A model generated the notes under the pieces. It saw only the letters and a program-made list of their open reading frames with translations. It was not told the origin of the DNA and searched no databases. A stretch of 64,000 bases of DNA from Diplonema japonicum (Eukaryota > Protista > Euglenozoa: Diplonemea): the NCBI GenBank assembly GCA_964019335.1, contig OZ025685.1, positions 124,001 through 188,000 of the forward strand. Direction: 5' to 3'. How positions within the stretch are numbered: position 1 is the first letter of the stretch; each line of letters starts with the position of its first letter. The translations under genes and the position numbers were made by a program. This document shows positions 45,284 to 56,302 of this stretch, in pieces.

Positions 45284-45318
<35 letters not shown>

Positions 45319-45524
45319 ATCAAAAAACCTTTCTACAGATGGAAGACATCCTGGCCGCCAGTGCCGACTTCCGTGGACGCCAAGAGCTCTTCAAGCAAAC
45401 CGCACAAGATATCGACTCGAACGTCTGGTGGTTCGGAGTGATCCAGGTCGCCCTCATGATTGCCCTCACCCTCTACCAACTGCGAGCGATGAAAACCTTC
45501 TTATATTCCAAAAAGGTCGTTTGA
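43789..45524 (+). CDS. p24/emp24/gp25L (TMED) cargo receptor; exons 43789-43854, 43904-44017, 44980-45270, 45339-45524
   Basis: Signal peptide, GOLD-domain cysteines (RECF; GSYNICW), coiled coil, TM helix and LRAMKTFLYSKKVV tail. Confidence 0.88.
44064..44943. mobile_element. Foldback/CACTA-like TIR element inside p24 intron 2
   Basis: 26-bp TIR ACGGTAACCAAATAACTTTTTTCCAC with multiple subterminal TTTTCCACCGTCCACGGTAACC-type units mirrored at each end. Confidence 0.8.
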
Positions 45525-45697
45525 TGCAGGACTCAAAACGAAGAAGGAAAGAAGAAGGGGGAGAAGAAAAAAAAAAGTGAAAAGTAGAGACCAATCTTCT
45601 TTCGCTTCCTACCCCGAGAATAAAAACCCATGACGGAACACAAAAAAAAAATAAAATAAAAAAAGGTGGGAAAAGGGGAAGGAAAGAAGAAATAAAA

Positions 45698-47740
45698 ATG
45701 CTTCGTGCGTTAACGATGCAAAGGAGATGGTGCAGCACCCTGAAAGTGATGAATTCCTACAACATGCACGGGGGGAAAGTGACGAAGTACAAGCATAAAT
45801 CAAAGAGTACAGCAACGGACATGAGCTTCAGCGTGTTCGTTCCGAGCAGTGTGGTAGATGGTGGGTCGGCTGGTGTGGTGTACTACCTTTCCGGACTGAC
45901 GTGCACGGACGACAACTTCACAACAAAGGCAGGTGCCCAAGCACACGCTGAGGAACACAACGTCATCCTGGTAGCCCCCGACACGTCCCCCAGAGGTGCT
46001 GGCGTTCCCAACGAAGACGCCAGTTGGGATTTTGGCACAGGTGCGGGTTTCTATGTAGACGCCACAAAGAAGCCCTTCAACACGAACTACAACATGTACA
46101 GTTATGTGACATGTGAACTCCCCGACCTCATAGAAAAGAAGATTCCTGGTGTCATGCCTGGCTTGCGCTCTATCATGGGCCACTCCATGGGTGGGCATGG
46201 TGCTCTTGTTGCAGCATTTAAGAACCCTGACATGTACGCTAGTGTGTCAGCTTTCTCGCCTATCTGCAACCCGACCACCACACCCTGGGGGAGAAAAGCC
46301 TTTAACGGCTACCTCAAAGGTGGTGTGAAGGAGGGCAAGACCTATGACGCCACTGAACTGATGCTGAAAAACGGTCCCTTCCCCTCGCTCCCAGAGGTTC
46401 TCGTCGATGTTGGGACGAACGACGAGTTCCTTGCGAAGGAGCTGAAGATCAACGCCTTGGAAGCCGCTTGCAAGAAAAAGAAGCAGAAACTGACCGTGAA
46501 CCGGAGGAAGGGCTACGACCACTCTTACTACTTCATCTCCAGCTTCATGGAAAACCACGTCGCGTTCCACGCACAGAACATGAAGGAGAAAGCGACACAA
46601 CCGAAGCCTTTGAAGTGCAAGGCTGCAGTGGCATACGCCCCGAACAAACCTCTAGAAATAGTAGAGGTCACAGTGGACCCCCCAAAATCTGGCGAGGTTC
46701 GTGTAAAGGTAATGGCGAACGCTCTATGCCACACAGACATCTACACCCTCAACGGACAGGACCCTGAAGGGTTGTTCCCTTGCATCTTGGGACACGAGGC
46801 AGGGGCCATTGTTGAGTCCGTAGGGCCTAACGTGACATCTGTCAAACCGGGCGACCACGTGATCCCCTGCTACACACCAGAGTGTGGGAAGCCAGACTGC
46901 ATTTTCTGCGCATCCCCGAAGACCAACCTGTGCCCCGCCATCAGGGCCACACAGGGGAAGGGCGTGATGCCCGATGGGACCTCGCGATTCAAGGACAGCA
47001 AAGGCAACACGCTGTACCACTTCATGGGATGCTCCACGTTCTCAGAGTACACGGTCCTTGCGGAGATCTCCTGTGCGAAGATCGACAAACGCATGGACTT
47101 TGAAAAAGCGTCGTTGTTCGGGTGTGGGATCGCAACAGGACTCGGTGCAGTGTGGAACACAACCAAAGCGGAACCAGGGAGCACCGTCGGTGTGTGGGGG
47201 CTGGGTGCCGTGGGGCTTTCTGTCATTCAGGCTGCGAAGAAGGCCGGGGCGAAGAAGATCTTTGCAATCGACGTCAACCCCAAGAAGTTTAAGATTGCAA
47301 AAGAGTTTGGCGCCACCGATTTTTTGAACCCGAAAAAGCTTAAAAGACCTGTCAATGAAGAAATCGTGAGCCTGACAAAATGGGGATTGGACTACACTTA
47401 CGACTGCACGGGTTCGACTGCGGTGATGAGAACTGCTTTAGAATCATCGCACCGTGGGTGGGGGACTTCATGCGTAATTGGTGTTGCTGCTGCTGGACAA
47501 GAGCTTGCTACCCGCCCTTTCCAGCTTGTCACAGGCAGGCGTTGGGTAGGGACAGCATTTGGTGGCTGGAAGTCCCGTACTGACGTTCCCAAACTGGTTC
47601 AGTCGTCCCTCAATGGTGACCTCCCTGTGGGCAGGTATATCACACATCGCTTCAAGGGTGTTGAGAAGATCAATGCGGCCATCAAGAAGCTCAAGGGCGG
47701 TGACTGCCTTCGTGCCGTTGTCACTTATCACGATAAGTAG
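45698..47740 (+). CDS. Fused S-formylglutathione hydrolase (ESD/FghA) + S-(hydroxymethyl)glutathione dehydrogenase (ADH5/FrmA), with putative mitochondrial presequence
   Basis: N-half LSGLTCTDDNF, GHSMGGHGA, YDHSYYF; C-half CHTD, GHE, KTNLC, RPFQLVTGR.W.GTAFGG; single 680-aa ORF. Confidence 0.95.
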   Translation: MLRALTMQRRWCSTLKVMNSYNMHGGKVTKYKHKSKSTATDMSFSVFVPSSVVDGGSAGVVYYLSGLTCTDDNFTTKAGAQAHAEEHNVILVAPDTSPRGAGVPNEDASWDFGTGAGFYVDATKKPFNTNYNMYSYVTCELPDLIEKKIPGVMPGLRSIMGHSMGGHGALVAAFKNPDMYASVSAFSPICNPTTTPWGRKAFNGYLKGGVKEGKTYDATELMLKNGPFPSLPEVLVDVGTNDEFLAKELKINALEAACKKKKQKLTVNRRKGYDHSYYFISSFMENHVAFHAQNMKEKATQPKPLKCKAAVAYAPNKPLEIVEVTVDPPKSGEVRVKVMANALCHTDIYTLNGQDPEGLFPCILGHEAGAIVESVGPNVTSVKPGDHVIPCYTPECGKPDCIFCASPKTNLCPAIRATQGKGVMPDGTSRFKDSKGNTLYHFMGCSTFSEYTVLAEISCAKIDKRMDFEKASLFGCGIATGLGAVWNTTKAEPGSTVGVWGLGAVGLSVIQAAKKAGAKKIFAIDVNPKKFKIAKEFGATDFLNPKKLKRPVNEEIVSLTKWGLDYTYDCTGSTAVMRTALESSHRGWGTSCVIGVAAAGQELATRPFQLVTGRRWVGTAFGGWKSRTDVPKLVQSSLNGDLPVGRYITHRFKGVEKINAAIKKLKGGDCLRAVVTYHDK

Positions 47741-47807
47741 GGTTTGAAAACAAGAAAGGGGATGAACATTAACTCTCTCCTAGATTGAAAAGAAAAAAAA
47801 AAAAAAA

Positions 47808-48468
47808 ATAGCTATTTATTAAATGAAAATCAGATAGCCTGATTTCACGCGTGGGGTCCCCTTTTTGACTCGTTTTTTTACTTCACTCGCTTCGCTCGTG
47901 AAGTGAAATCATGCTCTGATTTTATTCAATACTGCATTTTATTTAATGATGAGCTGCTCTCGAAAAGAATTTAGGTGCTAAGTGTGGCTTCGCTGCTGCC
48001 TGCTTGTAGCGGCGCAATGCGCGAGTCTTTACTGAACACGGTACTGGGTTTGGTATGATCAATTCGGCGAATCGATGTTGACGTTTATGTCAAACGTGAT
48101 TCTGTACACTGTTGAAGAAGTGGGCTGTGTCGAAGGGGACAGGGCTGAAGGGGCGTGGGTTTGATCGAGTGGCAGGTGCAAAACCTCGTTGGAAGCATGT
48201 CTTCCATCACAGCTTTGGCCTCTTTCTCGAGGCTGATGCCCTTGGCTCGCTTCCCGGTCGCCTTCGGTTTTCTTCCCATTTTGCTAGAAATGACTGTGGG
48301 CATGAAATAAAGTACCTGATTTTCACGCCCAGCAAAATCAGCAACGTTTGGCTTAAAAACATGAGGAAAAAATCAGATACTTTATTTCACGCCCGTGAAA
48401 TAAAGTGAAACCTGATTTATATCTTCCGGCCTAAATTCTTTGAGAGAGCTGCTCAGAATTAAATAAAA
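47808..48468 (-). mobile_element. Crypton-like element, copy C (diverged subfamily)
   Basis: ATAGCTATTTATTA end; CACTCGCTTCGCTCGTG hairpin; inverted-repeat sites 47951-47975 and 48430-48454; ORF stub MGRKPKATGKRAKG homologous to copies A/B. Confidence 0.78.
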
Positions 48469-48717
48469 CTCCTAATTATTTGAAGAAAACATTTTTGCGT
48501 ACGCGTTTCTTTTCTTTTTTCTTGTCCCATTGGTTTTTGTTTTTTTTGACCCGTAGAGACTTTTTTTTTTTTTCTCATTTTAATCTGTCACTCTAATTAA
48601 AAACCAAGAGGCGAAGCGAAAGGAGGAACTTTTAATAAAAAGAAGAAGAAGAAGAGGAAAGCTGAAACGACTACTGCTTTGTACCAAAATGGGGAATGGA
48701 AAGTTATATGCTTTGTT

Positions 48718-49535
48718 TTTTATATAACTCGAGGTTTTCAAGGGTGGGAGTGAAATAATGTTCGAGCGTGAAATAATGTAACATTATTCCACTCCTGGGC
48801 CTAATTTCACCTATTTCACCTATTTTTACAATGGGAAGGAAGCCGAAGGCAATGGGCAAAAAGGCGAAGGGTACAAAGGCGTCGAAGATCATGAACGCCA
48901 GCTTGCCAGCACTTACGAAGCAGAGTGGCACCGCTTTTGCTCTTTTCACAACTTCAGAACAACAAGATCGAAAAGCCCGACGGAAGACGAGTTGGTATTG
49001 TATTTCCAAGATATGAAGGACAATTTGGGCAAGTTACAGCAAGATCAACGCCATCATCCAACGAAACTTCGGTAAAAAAAATGCAGAGCTTTCCCAGGGT
49101 TGCACTTCTTTTGAAGCGCTTTGAAGAAGGCCATGAGGTGAAAAAAGCTTCGGTGTTTAGTCAGGAACAAATGAAAGAGTATCTGGCAATGAAATTCAGC
49201 GATTCCTACAACATAGTGTGTCAGGCATATGCAGCTTGCATGTTTGCAGGACAAAAGAGTCGCACAAACTGAAATTTAGCGACGACACCTTGTAACCCAA
49301 AAAAATCCCACTTTTCACCTGTTGTAACCCTGTAACCTCCCACCCTTTCAAACCCGGCTCTTGTTAAATAAAACAACGTATTAGTGAAAATAAGAGCATT
49401 ATTCCACTTGTGGTGGCAGGTTTAACTCGTAGCTTTTTACTTCACGAGCGCGGCGAGTGAAGTAAAAAGCTACGAGTTAAACCTGCCACCACAAGTGGAA
49501 TAATGCTATCTTATTTTCACTTAATAAATAGCTAT
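48718..49535 (+). mobile_element. Crypton-like element, copy B
   Basis: Body collinear with, and apparently identical to, copy A (offset 22049); 4-nt and 76-nt deletions at the 5' end; perfected terminal palindrome. Confidence 0.85.
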
Positions 49536-49863
49536 TGTTTTTGTTTTTTCTTAAACCCTTTTTTTCTCCTCCCTCCCTTAACAACCCCCCCGAATAAAAC
49601 GATTACTGTAAAAACCGATAAAGTTCCAACGGAACAAAAAAAAAAAAAAAAAAAAAACACACACGATTCTGGGTGTTTGGGTCTTTCAAAAAAAAGATTT
49701 TATAACTATATGCAACTTGTGCCGAGCAAAAAACTTTCGCAGCTTTTTAAAAAACCTTTTTTGCTCGTGCGAACAACAAAGACATATAGTCATAAAGAAT
49801 TATTTTTTCTTTCTTCTTTTCTTTTTATGCTCTTGTCAATATCTACCAGGGTGCTTGCACACT

Positions 49864-50880
49864 ATGTATCGTTGCAGGTACTTGCTGTGCAAAGGGACAC
49901 AAAATTTACCTGCTGTCAAAGACGACGGAAAGTCATTTTATGACACCTGGACAAAAGCTGTCACGGATGGGGCTTCGAGCGGAATAGACAGGATATCAAA
50001 CGCTGTGAGCGATTCTGTGGGCTCGCTCCCAGAGTTCCCAAAGGAGACCCCGGACAAGATGCTGCGGAAGTGGGTTCGAAACAAGGTGCGGGTGTTTTTA
50101 ACAAGGCTTGCACTGATGGGAACCTGTGCAGCAGGCGTGTTATTTCTCGTGAGCAATTACCCGAAGACGAATCTGGACATCGTTTGGCACTCTTCCGGTT
50201 CCAGAGAAGTTTTTGTTGAAAGAGAATCACCACCCTTCAAAGGGAGGGTGTTTAAAGAAATCGTTCAAAAGTATAGCTACGCGACTGGCAGCGAGATTTC
50301 AAAGGGCAAGAAACGTGGTTTCTTGTGTGTAGTCGGTCCTGATGGGTGTGGGAAAACTGCAGCCATACAGAATTCTCTGAACGGGGTTCTTTCTGTGAAC
50401 TTGATCGTTCGTCATGGAAAGGAACCGAAGCTCGGTCCCGTCTTAGCCAATCTTTTTGGAGAAGATATCCCATCTCCGACACTGTTTCTGCAGAGGCTTA
50501 ATAGATGGGCACGTGTGACGCCATTTCACAATGCCCCCATCACCCTTCATATCACGGTCAAACCCCTTCAGGTCACTCTAACCAACGGCGATGCGGATGG
50601 TATTGGCCAGACAGTGACTACCCTTGCAAGGAATCTCACCTACGACAACCCCACGTGTCCCGTTATCATAGAGACAGCAGATCAGCGTATTGCTTCTGCC
50701 GTCAATGCCTCTGCGAACGGACTATGCAAGATGCTTCACGTTCCCCCAATGCACAAGAAGGAGCAAGAGCAGGCTTTTGGAAAGCGTTTTGGATTTCCCT
50801 TATCTTCCGAGTACAGATTAAGCCGACCGTTCAATCACCTACTTTGGTTTGCTGATGGATATGATGATGACAAGAAATGA
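49864..50880 (+). CDS. Single-TM P-loop NTPase-like protein (possibly tuzin-like)
   Basis: TM helix, FVERE, Walker A GPDGCGKT; ATG at 49864 assumed as start. Confidence 0.6.
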   Translation: MYRCRYLLCKGTQNLPAVKDDGKSFYDTWTKAVTDGASSGIDRISNAVSDSVGSLPEFPKETPDKMLRKWVRNKVRVFLTRLALMGTCAAGVLFLVSNYPKTNLDIVWHSSGSREVFVERESPPFKGRVFKEIVQKYSYATGSEISKGKKRGFLCVVGPDGCGKTAAIQNSLNGVLSVNLIVRHGKEPKLGPVLANLFGEDIPSPTLFLQRLNRWARVTPFHNAPITLHITVKPLQVTLTNGDADGIGQTVTTLARNLTYDNPTCPVIIETADQRIASAVNASANGLCKMLHVPPMHKKEQEQAFGKRFGFPLSSEYRLSRPFNHLLWFADGYDDDKK

Positions 50881-50912
50881 AAAAAATTGAAGAAAACTAG
50901 CCTCGAAAAAAT

Positions 50913-50984
50913 AGGGCACGCCCGGGTTCGAACCAGGGACCAATCGGACTGCAGCCGAACGCTCTACCACTGAGCTACGTACCC
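50913..50984 (-). tRNA. tRNA-Cys(GCA)
   Basis: Cloverleaf GGGTACG/CGTGCCC, TAGCTCAGTGGTAGAGC, anticodon loop CTGCAGT, GGTTCGAAC; U discriminator. Confidence 0.93.
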
Positions 50985-51078
50985 ATGTGGTTATTTGGGG
51001 GTCACGTTAGTCATACGTTGAATCTGTCAGTTACGACAATATTCACATAGGGCATTTTACGCCGAACGGCGATTGTCT

Positions 51079-51149
51079 GCGACCGTGGTCTAGTGGCATG
51101 ATGGATCCCTCCCAAGGATTCGACCCGGGTTCGATTCCCGGCGGTCGCA
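51079..51149 (+). tRNA. tRNA-Gly(CCC)
   Basis: GCGACCG/CGGTCGC acceptor stem, TGGTCTAGTGG, loop CTCCCAA, GGTTCGATTCC, followed by a T-run terminator. Confidence 0.95.
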
Positions 51150-51229
51150 TTTTTTATTGAGCTTTCAGGAGCCCCAATTACTTTTTACATCTTTATTTAC
51201 AGGACGAAAAGAGAAGAAAGAGAAAAAAA

Positions 51230-52129
51230 ATGACAGAAGTTGTTCTAACCCCAAAGGATTATGTAGACCGGGCGATGAAGCTGCTGCACAACGATCCTTC
51301 AGACGATAAGGTGTCGCAACGGAAACGAGGGGTCTCATTCAGGGAGGAATATCGGATGATGAGAAACAGCAGAACGAGAACGAGAGCGCCATCTATGATA
51401 CACGAGCCGACGAAGGACATGATTCCGCCGAAGAGGAAAGAGGTGGGGGACAAAATCACAGTGATCCTGGATCTTGACGAGACGTTGATCTACGCTAGAA
51501 ACGGCCCGCTGTTTGCACGCCCACATTTGGACCTTCTCTTTGAGTTTTTGAAAGACCACTGCGAGACCGTGGTCTGGACGGCCGGTGTAAAGGCCTACGC
51601 ACAATGTGTTATTAAGAACATAGATCCTTCTGGCGTGATTGAACATTGTATTTACAGACACAAACGGTGGTTCTCTGGAAAAGCGGGTTACCAAAAAGAT
51701 TTAACGATGCTTGGCAGGGACATGGATAAGGTTCTAATTGTGGAGAACACTCCAGACTGTATTAGAGGAAACCCTGACAATGGTGTTCTGGTGAAGGACT
51801 ACGAAGGCGAGACAAACGGCGGTGGGTGCGACTCTACGATACCCCGTCTGACGAAATTCATCGCAAAATTGGTGGAGTCGGGAGATACCGTTCCCGCGTT
51901 CTTGAAAAACACCGAGATGGTGAACCAGAACGCTATCCACACTACCGACGGGGGATACCTCGTCTACTCACTCAACTCCGAGAACAAGCAAGCCTACAGC
52001 AAGCCTATGTTGAATAGGGACCTCTTAGAAAATCCTGACGTCCTCCCCCATGATGCAGTCCCTCTCCACATTCCTCTGAGTCCCGGGGGCACTTACCACA
52101 ATGACTGGATTAATAATGTTACGCTTTGA
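51230..52129 (+). CDS. FCP1/SCP (NIF) family CTD small phosphatase-like protein
   Basis: ILDLDETLI, RPHL..., VVWTAG..YA and KDL..LGRD motifs. Confidence 0.92.
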   Translation: MTEVVLTPKDYVDRAMKLLHNDPSDDKVSQRKRGVSFREEYRMMRNSRTRTRAPSMIHEPTKDMIPPKRKEVGDKITVILDLDETLIYARNGPLFARPHLDLLFEFLKDHCETVVWTAGVKAYAQCVIKNIDPSGVIEHCIYRHKRWFSGKAGYQKDLTMLGRDMDKVLIVENTPDCIRGNPDNGVLVKDYEGETNGGGCDSTIPRLTKFIAKLVESGDTVPAFLKNTEMVNQNAIHTTDGGYLVYSLNSENKQAYSKPMLNRDLLENPDVLPHDAVPLHIPLSPGGTYHNDWINNVTL

Positions 52130-52962
52130 AGCTCCACACCCCCACTTTGATTACGTATTTTTTTTTCCGGGAACCTTGTGAATGAATTAATTTCCGAGTA
52201 GATCCTTTTCTTTTTTCTTTCTTTTGTTTGGGGGGGGGGGGGGGGGGGTGATTCACTTGACAATACCCTAAAGAAGTACAGAAATCAGTTATTACCAAAG
52301 AAAAAAAAAAGTCGAAAATTCTCTCTTTATTAGTTTGGGCGGTCTCCAAAAAAATAAGGGGAAAAACAAAAAAAACACCATTTTCGGTGATATTTGGTGG
52401 ATGATCCCCAGGCCCAAAAAAAACCGGTTGGTACGTGAATTTCATCACTTTTCTTGGGTATTAAGTTAGTTGCCCCCCCCCCCCCCCCCCCCCCCCCCCC
52501 GTTTTTCTTTATTATTATTATGCTGTACCAACTCGTATAGTAGATCCCGACCAAATCGTGTCCTTTGACCTCTCTTTTTTTTTCTTCTTTTTTTGTCTTG
52601 GGATAAATTTAATAATGGTCCACGGTAGTTTTTTTCCCCCCTCTTTTTTTTCCTTTTCTTTAAAGACCTGTTGGCAATTCTTTGGGGTGTTGGTGCCCAC
52701 AAACGCAAAATAATAATAAGAAGAAGAAAAGAGAGAAAAGCCCTTGCGAACATCTTTACTGGTCTTATTAGTGTCTCAGTTTTTTTTTCTTTTATTTTTC
52801 TTTTTGTCAAAGCACTTACTTCTCTCCTTTTTATTTATTTTCCCCCCCCTCCTTTTTGTCAATAATTTCTCTCCCTCCCCCCTGTTTTTTTTTTTTTTCT
52901 TCTTCTTCTCGTCCCCTTTCACCCAAAACACTGCGCAATATTAATAAAAAGTGATTTCCAGT

Positions 52963-53002
<40 letters not shown>

Positions 53003-53198
53003 AATTGCGATATATCTTCATGAAGCCTATTCGGGAGAGAGCGAAGGAACCACTTTTTAATAATGTCACAGCTGTAAAAAAAGAATGGGGGGGGGGGGGG
53101 GGGGGGGGAGTAGTGAAAAGGGTTTTTTTCAATTTCGCTAGTGCAGAGTACCCTCTGAATTTTTTTTTGAAAAACTTAGAATTTGACATGTAGCCCCC

Positions 53199-53352
53199 TA
53201 GGGCCATGTTGGCAAGAAACGGGGAAATGTTTCCGTTTCCGTATCCGTTTCCTTATTTTTACAGATACATGAGGAAACGGCCCCAAAATAAGGAAACGTT
53301 TCTGTTTCAAAAAGAAAGCTTGGAAACGCGTTTCCTTGCCAACATAGCCCTA
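53199..53352. mobile_element. MITE, copy 2
   Basis: Same TIR and internal AAGCTTGGAAACGCG as 20922-21014; CTAG at both ends. Confidence 0.8.
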
Positions 53353-53572
53353 GGGGGGAGGGGGGGAGAGAAACAAGCCCCCTTCCTGTTTAGACACCTC
53401 TCTGCAAGAATAAAGAATTTCTACAAGAAGAGGAGGCGAAGGTTTCTAAAGAAGAAAAAAAAAAAAGAAAACCACGAAATGTTCAAGGGGGGGGGGGGGG
53501 GGGGGGCGTTTGGTTCTAAGGAAGAAAATAAAGAAGAAGATAATGCTCAACCGGCGGTGAGTAAGTAGTTAT

Positions 53573-54990
53573 CCCCTAAAGGCCCGCGCGGACGTTTTTG
53601 TCCTTATTTCAAAATTTGCTTTTTCAGTACTTTTTTTGAACACGGCCCCTGGACTTCAAAATATGGCATTGTTGCGCGGTTTGTTTTGTTTTGGTACATT
53701 TTGCGTTAAAAATTTTGTTTTAATTGAAACCGGCAGGGTTGGCTTAAAATGAAAACAGATGGCCAAAATAGCAGCGAAAACGTGAGTCTCCCCCGACTGG
53801 TCAGATAAAGAAGAAAAAGACGATGAGGCGGTCAAAGAGGGGCCGGAAACGGTGCTTGGGTGGGAGAAATACTCCCAAAGGCCCGAAACGTATCATTTCC
53901 GTGAAAAGGTGGGCTTTGGACACCTCTAGGTGAAGCGGCCAATGAGGAGGGTGTTTTTAATCTTTTTTTTGACACACGCGGAGTGTTATCCCGACAACAA
54001 TAAAAGTCATGGCACCACGAAAAAACAACTCGGTGGGCATCAAGGTAATCGCTACATGCGACTCATAAACCGGTTACCTGGCGAATTTCAACATTTTCAG
54101 CAAGTCCACAACACAGGACCTAGTCATGCGTACTGTCGACTCCTAAGGGTTTGCTGTCGACCCCTGACCGGCAAGACCAGCTCCAGGGGACTGGAGTTCG
54201 GCATATGAAAACCCGGAAGTGGACCATGGTCGTTTTATTGGGTCCTGGAAAGCTGTGTTGCCAACTCCTCCATAATCTGGAAGAAGAGCAGGGAATGTGG
54301 CAAAAATTATGGCTTCCCGAGCTTCAAAGAAGAACTTGTTGGCAAGCTTCTCACCCATGCCCCAAAAACCGATAGCACACACCCCTGACAACACCGTCAC
54401 CGACCCCCAAGCGCAAACACGCTAGCAATGAGGATTCCCTCACTCAGAAATACCCAAAACGTCTCGATTTGACCTTAAATCACACCTCCGAGACCATGAT
54501 GAACGGAACGAAGGTGAGGAGGGTGCTCTGTGCTGTTCCTGGGTGCTGGAGGTGCAAACGTGGTGCCCCTGTTGCAAAACCCCCTTATGCAAAACGTGTT
54601 TTTTACCCTTGCATGCTACCCCAGCTGGAAAAAAAACTCACAAGTTGCTTTTTTTCATCCCGCAGCCCCAAAAAGTCTCCAGACTGACCTCAATCCTAGA
54701 GTTCAGGGCACCAAATAGGGCTGAATGCTGCCCTTTTTAGCCCAGCCATAACTCCACAGACCCCCACGACAAGACCCCCCAAAATCGGACATAAAAAGTA
54801 CCCCCTCAACCCCCCTCTTACACACATAGTTAAGTGTTCTCATCTGAATCTGGCACCTGGAATTGAAAATTTTAGTACCGTTTAACCTTTCCTTGCACCT
54901 TCCTATGGTTGCATGCTGCCCTTTTTTTGAGTATTTAAAGCAACAACAAAAATGGGGGGGTACCGTAGATAGGCTCCGGGCCTTTAGGGG
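53573..54990 (+). mobile_element. Degenerate piggyBac-like transposon (second family)
   Basis: 14-bp TIR CCCCTAAAGGCCCG flanked by TTAT/TTAA; remnants DRQDQ...MKTRKW and TWCPCCKTPLCKTCFLPLH. Confidence 0.8.
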
Positions 54991-55192
54991 TTAAATGTAT
55001 TCTTCAAAAAAAAAAAAAAAAAAGAAGAAGAAGAAGAAGAAAAGAAGAAAAAAGTTGTTTAAGTCACTGTGCAGCTGCTTTTCGCTGCTGTTATCGTCAC
55101 AAAATAAACCTTTGGTTGCGCTTTTTTTAAATATTTTTTTCTCCGCTTTTATTTTTTCTTTTTTCCTTTTTTTTATTAGGTACGTGAACACT

Positions 55193-55243
<51 letters not shown>

Positions 55244-55414
55244 CGTTACCGAAATTTATCAAATTTCTTTTGTCGAAGTACCAAGAAGGGGGAAAAAAAA
55301 GGAGGGGGAACGAGAAGAAAAAAACCAATTGTTAGCAGTGCAATGCAATGAGTAAATTTTATTAGGTAAAATAACTAACTCGTGTGCACAACCTAGCTTT
55401 TTTTTTTTTATATT

Positions 55415-55606
55415 ATTTTATCTGATAGTTCAGAAATTTTTTCACTCCTAAACCCCCCCCTATAATCTGATTACCCCCCTCTCATAATTTGATAATCCGG
55501 GCTATAATTTGATAGCTCAATTATGGGCAAGACTTAGGTGTTAATAGCCCGTGGCTGCCAAATAAAAGGGGGGAAAGTGACTTAAAACATCTGAGCTCAA
55601 GATCAT

Positions 55607-55665
<59 letters not shown>

Positions 55666-56302
55666 ATCAAATGCCGAAAACAAAGAAGGAAGAGAGTCTT
55701 CTACCCGAAATAAGCAAAGCACAGTACCTGAAAACATGGGCTGACTTTTGTGAGGAAAAGACGTAGAACCGACTGAGGATGAGGTTCTCGCTGCTTTCGT
55801 CTTCAGGGGCCCTTGTTCTTCAGCACGCTTGCAAAAAAGTTTGACACGGTCCCATTCCCAACCTTCTGGTTGCATTTTCCTTAAAAAACAGCCCTTATCT
55901 GGGAGTACTTGGTCCAAAGAGAGGGAGGGGCAGCACCATTTTCCTTCAGCTTCCTAAGATGACAATGTTACAAGGTCAATAGGGTTGTCTGGGGGACCAA
56001 AAATGTGTAGGGTCGCCGCACTTCCGCCTGAATCAGCTGAAAATAGGCCGTTTTTCATAATTTGATTGACAGTTGATAGCCCATAATTTGGTTTTGGGTT
56101 TTTGGCCCACTTTCTCGGTCACTCGGAGTGACTCAATTTCTGAACTATCAGATAAAATTACTTACTTTGCGCCAAAATATGGCCATCCCATTTACTCTTG
56201 AACCGTTTTTTTTTTTTGACCTCGGGCCCTGCAGGCCCTCGGCCAAAAAACCCACGATTCTCGAGTAAATTATGGCCATAATTTGTTGCAAATAAATAGC
56301 TA
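55415..56302 (+). mobile_element. Crypton-like element, copy E
   Basis: Perfect 24-bp IR (55415-55438 / 56135-56158), long hairpin, end AATAAATAGCTA. Coding stub from 55671 MPKTKKEESLLPEISKAQYLKTWADF, then PTEDEVLAAF in a shifted frame (matches copy A PTEDELVLYF). Confidence 0.78.
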
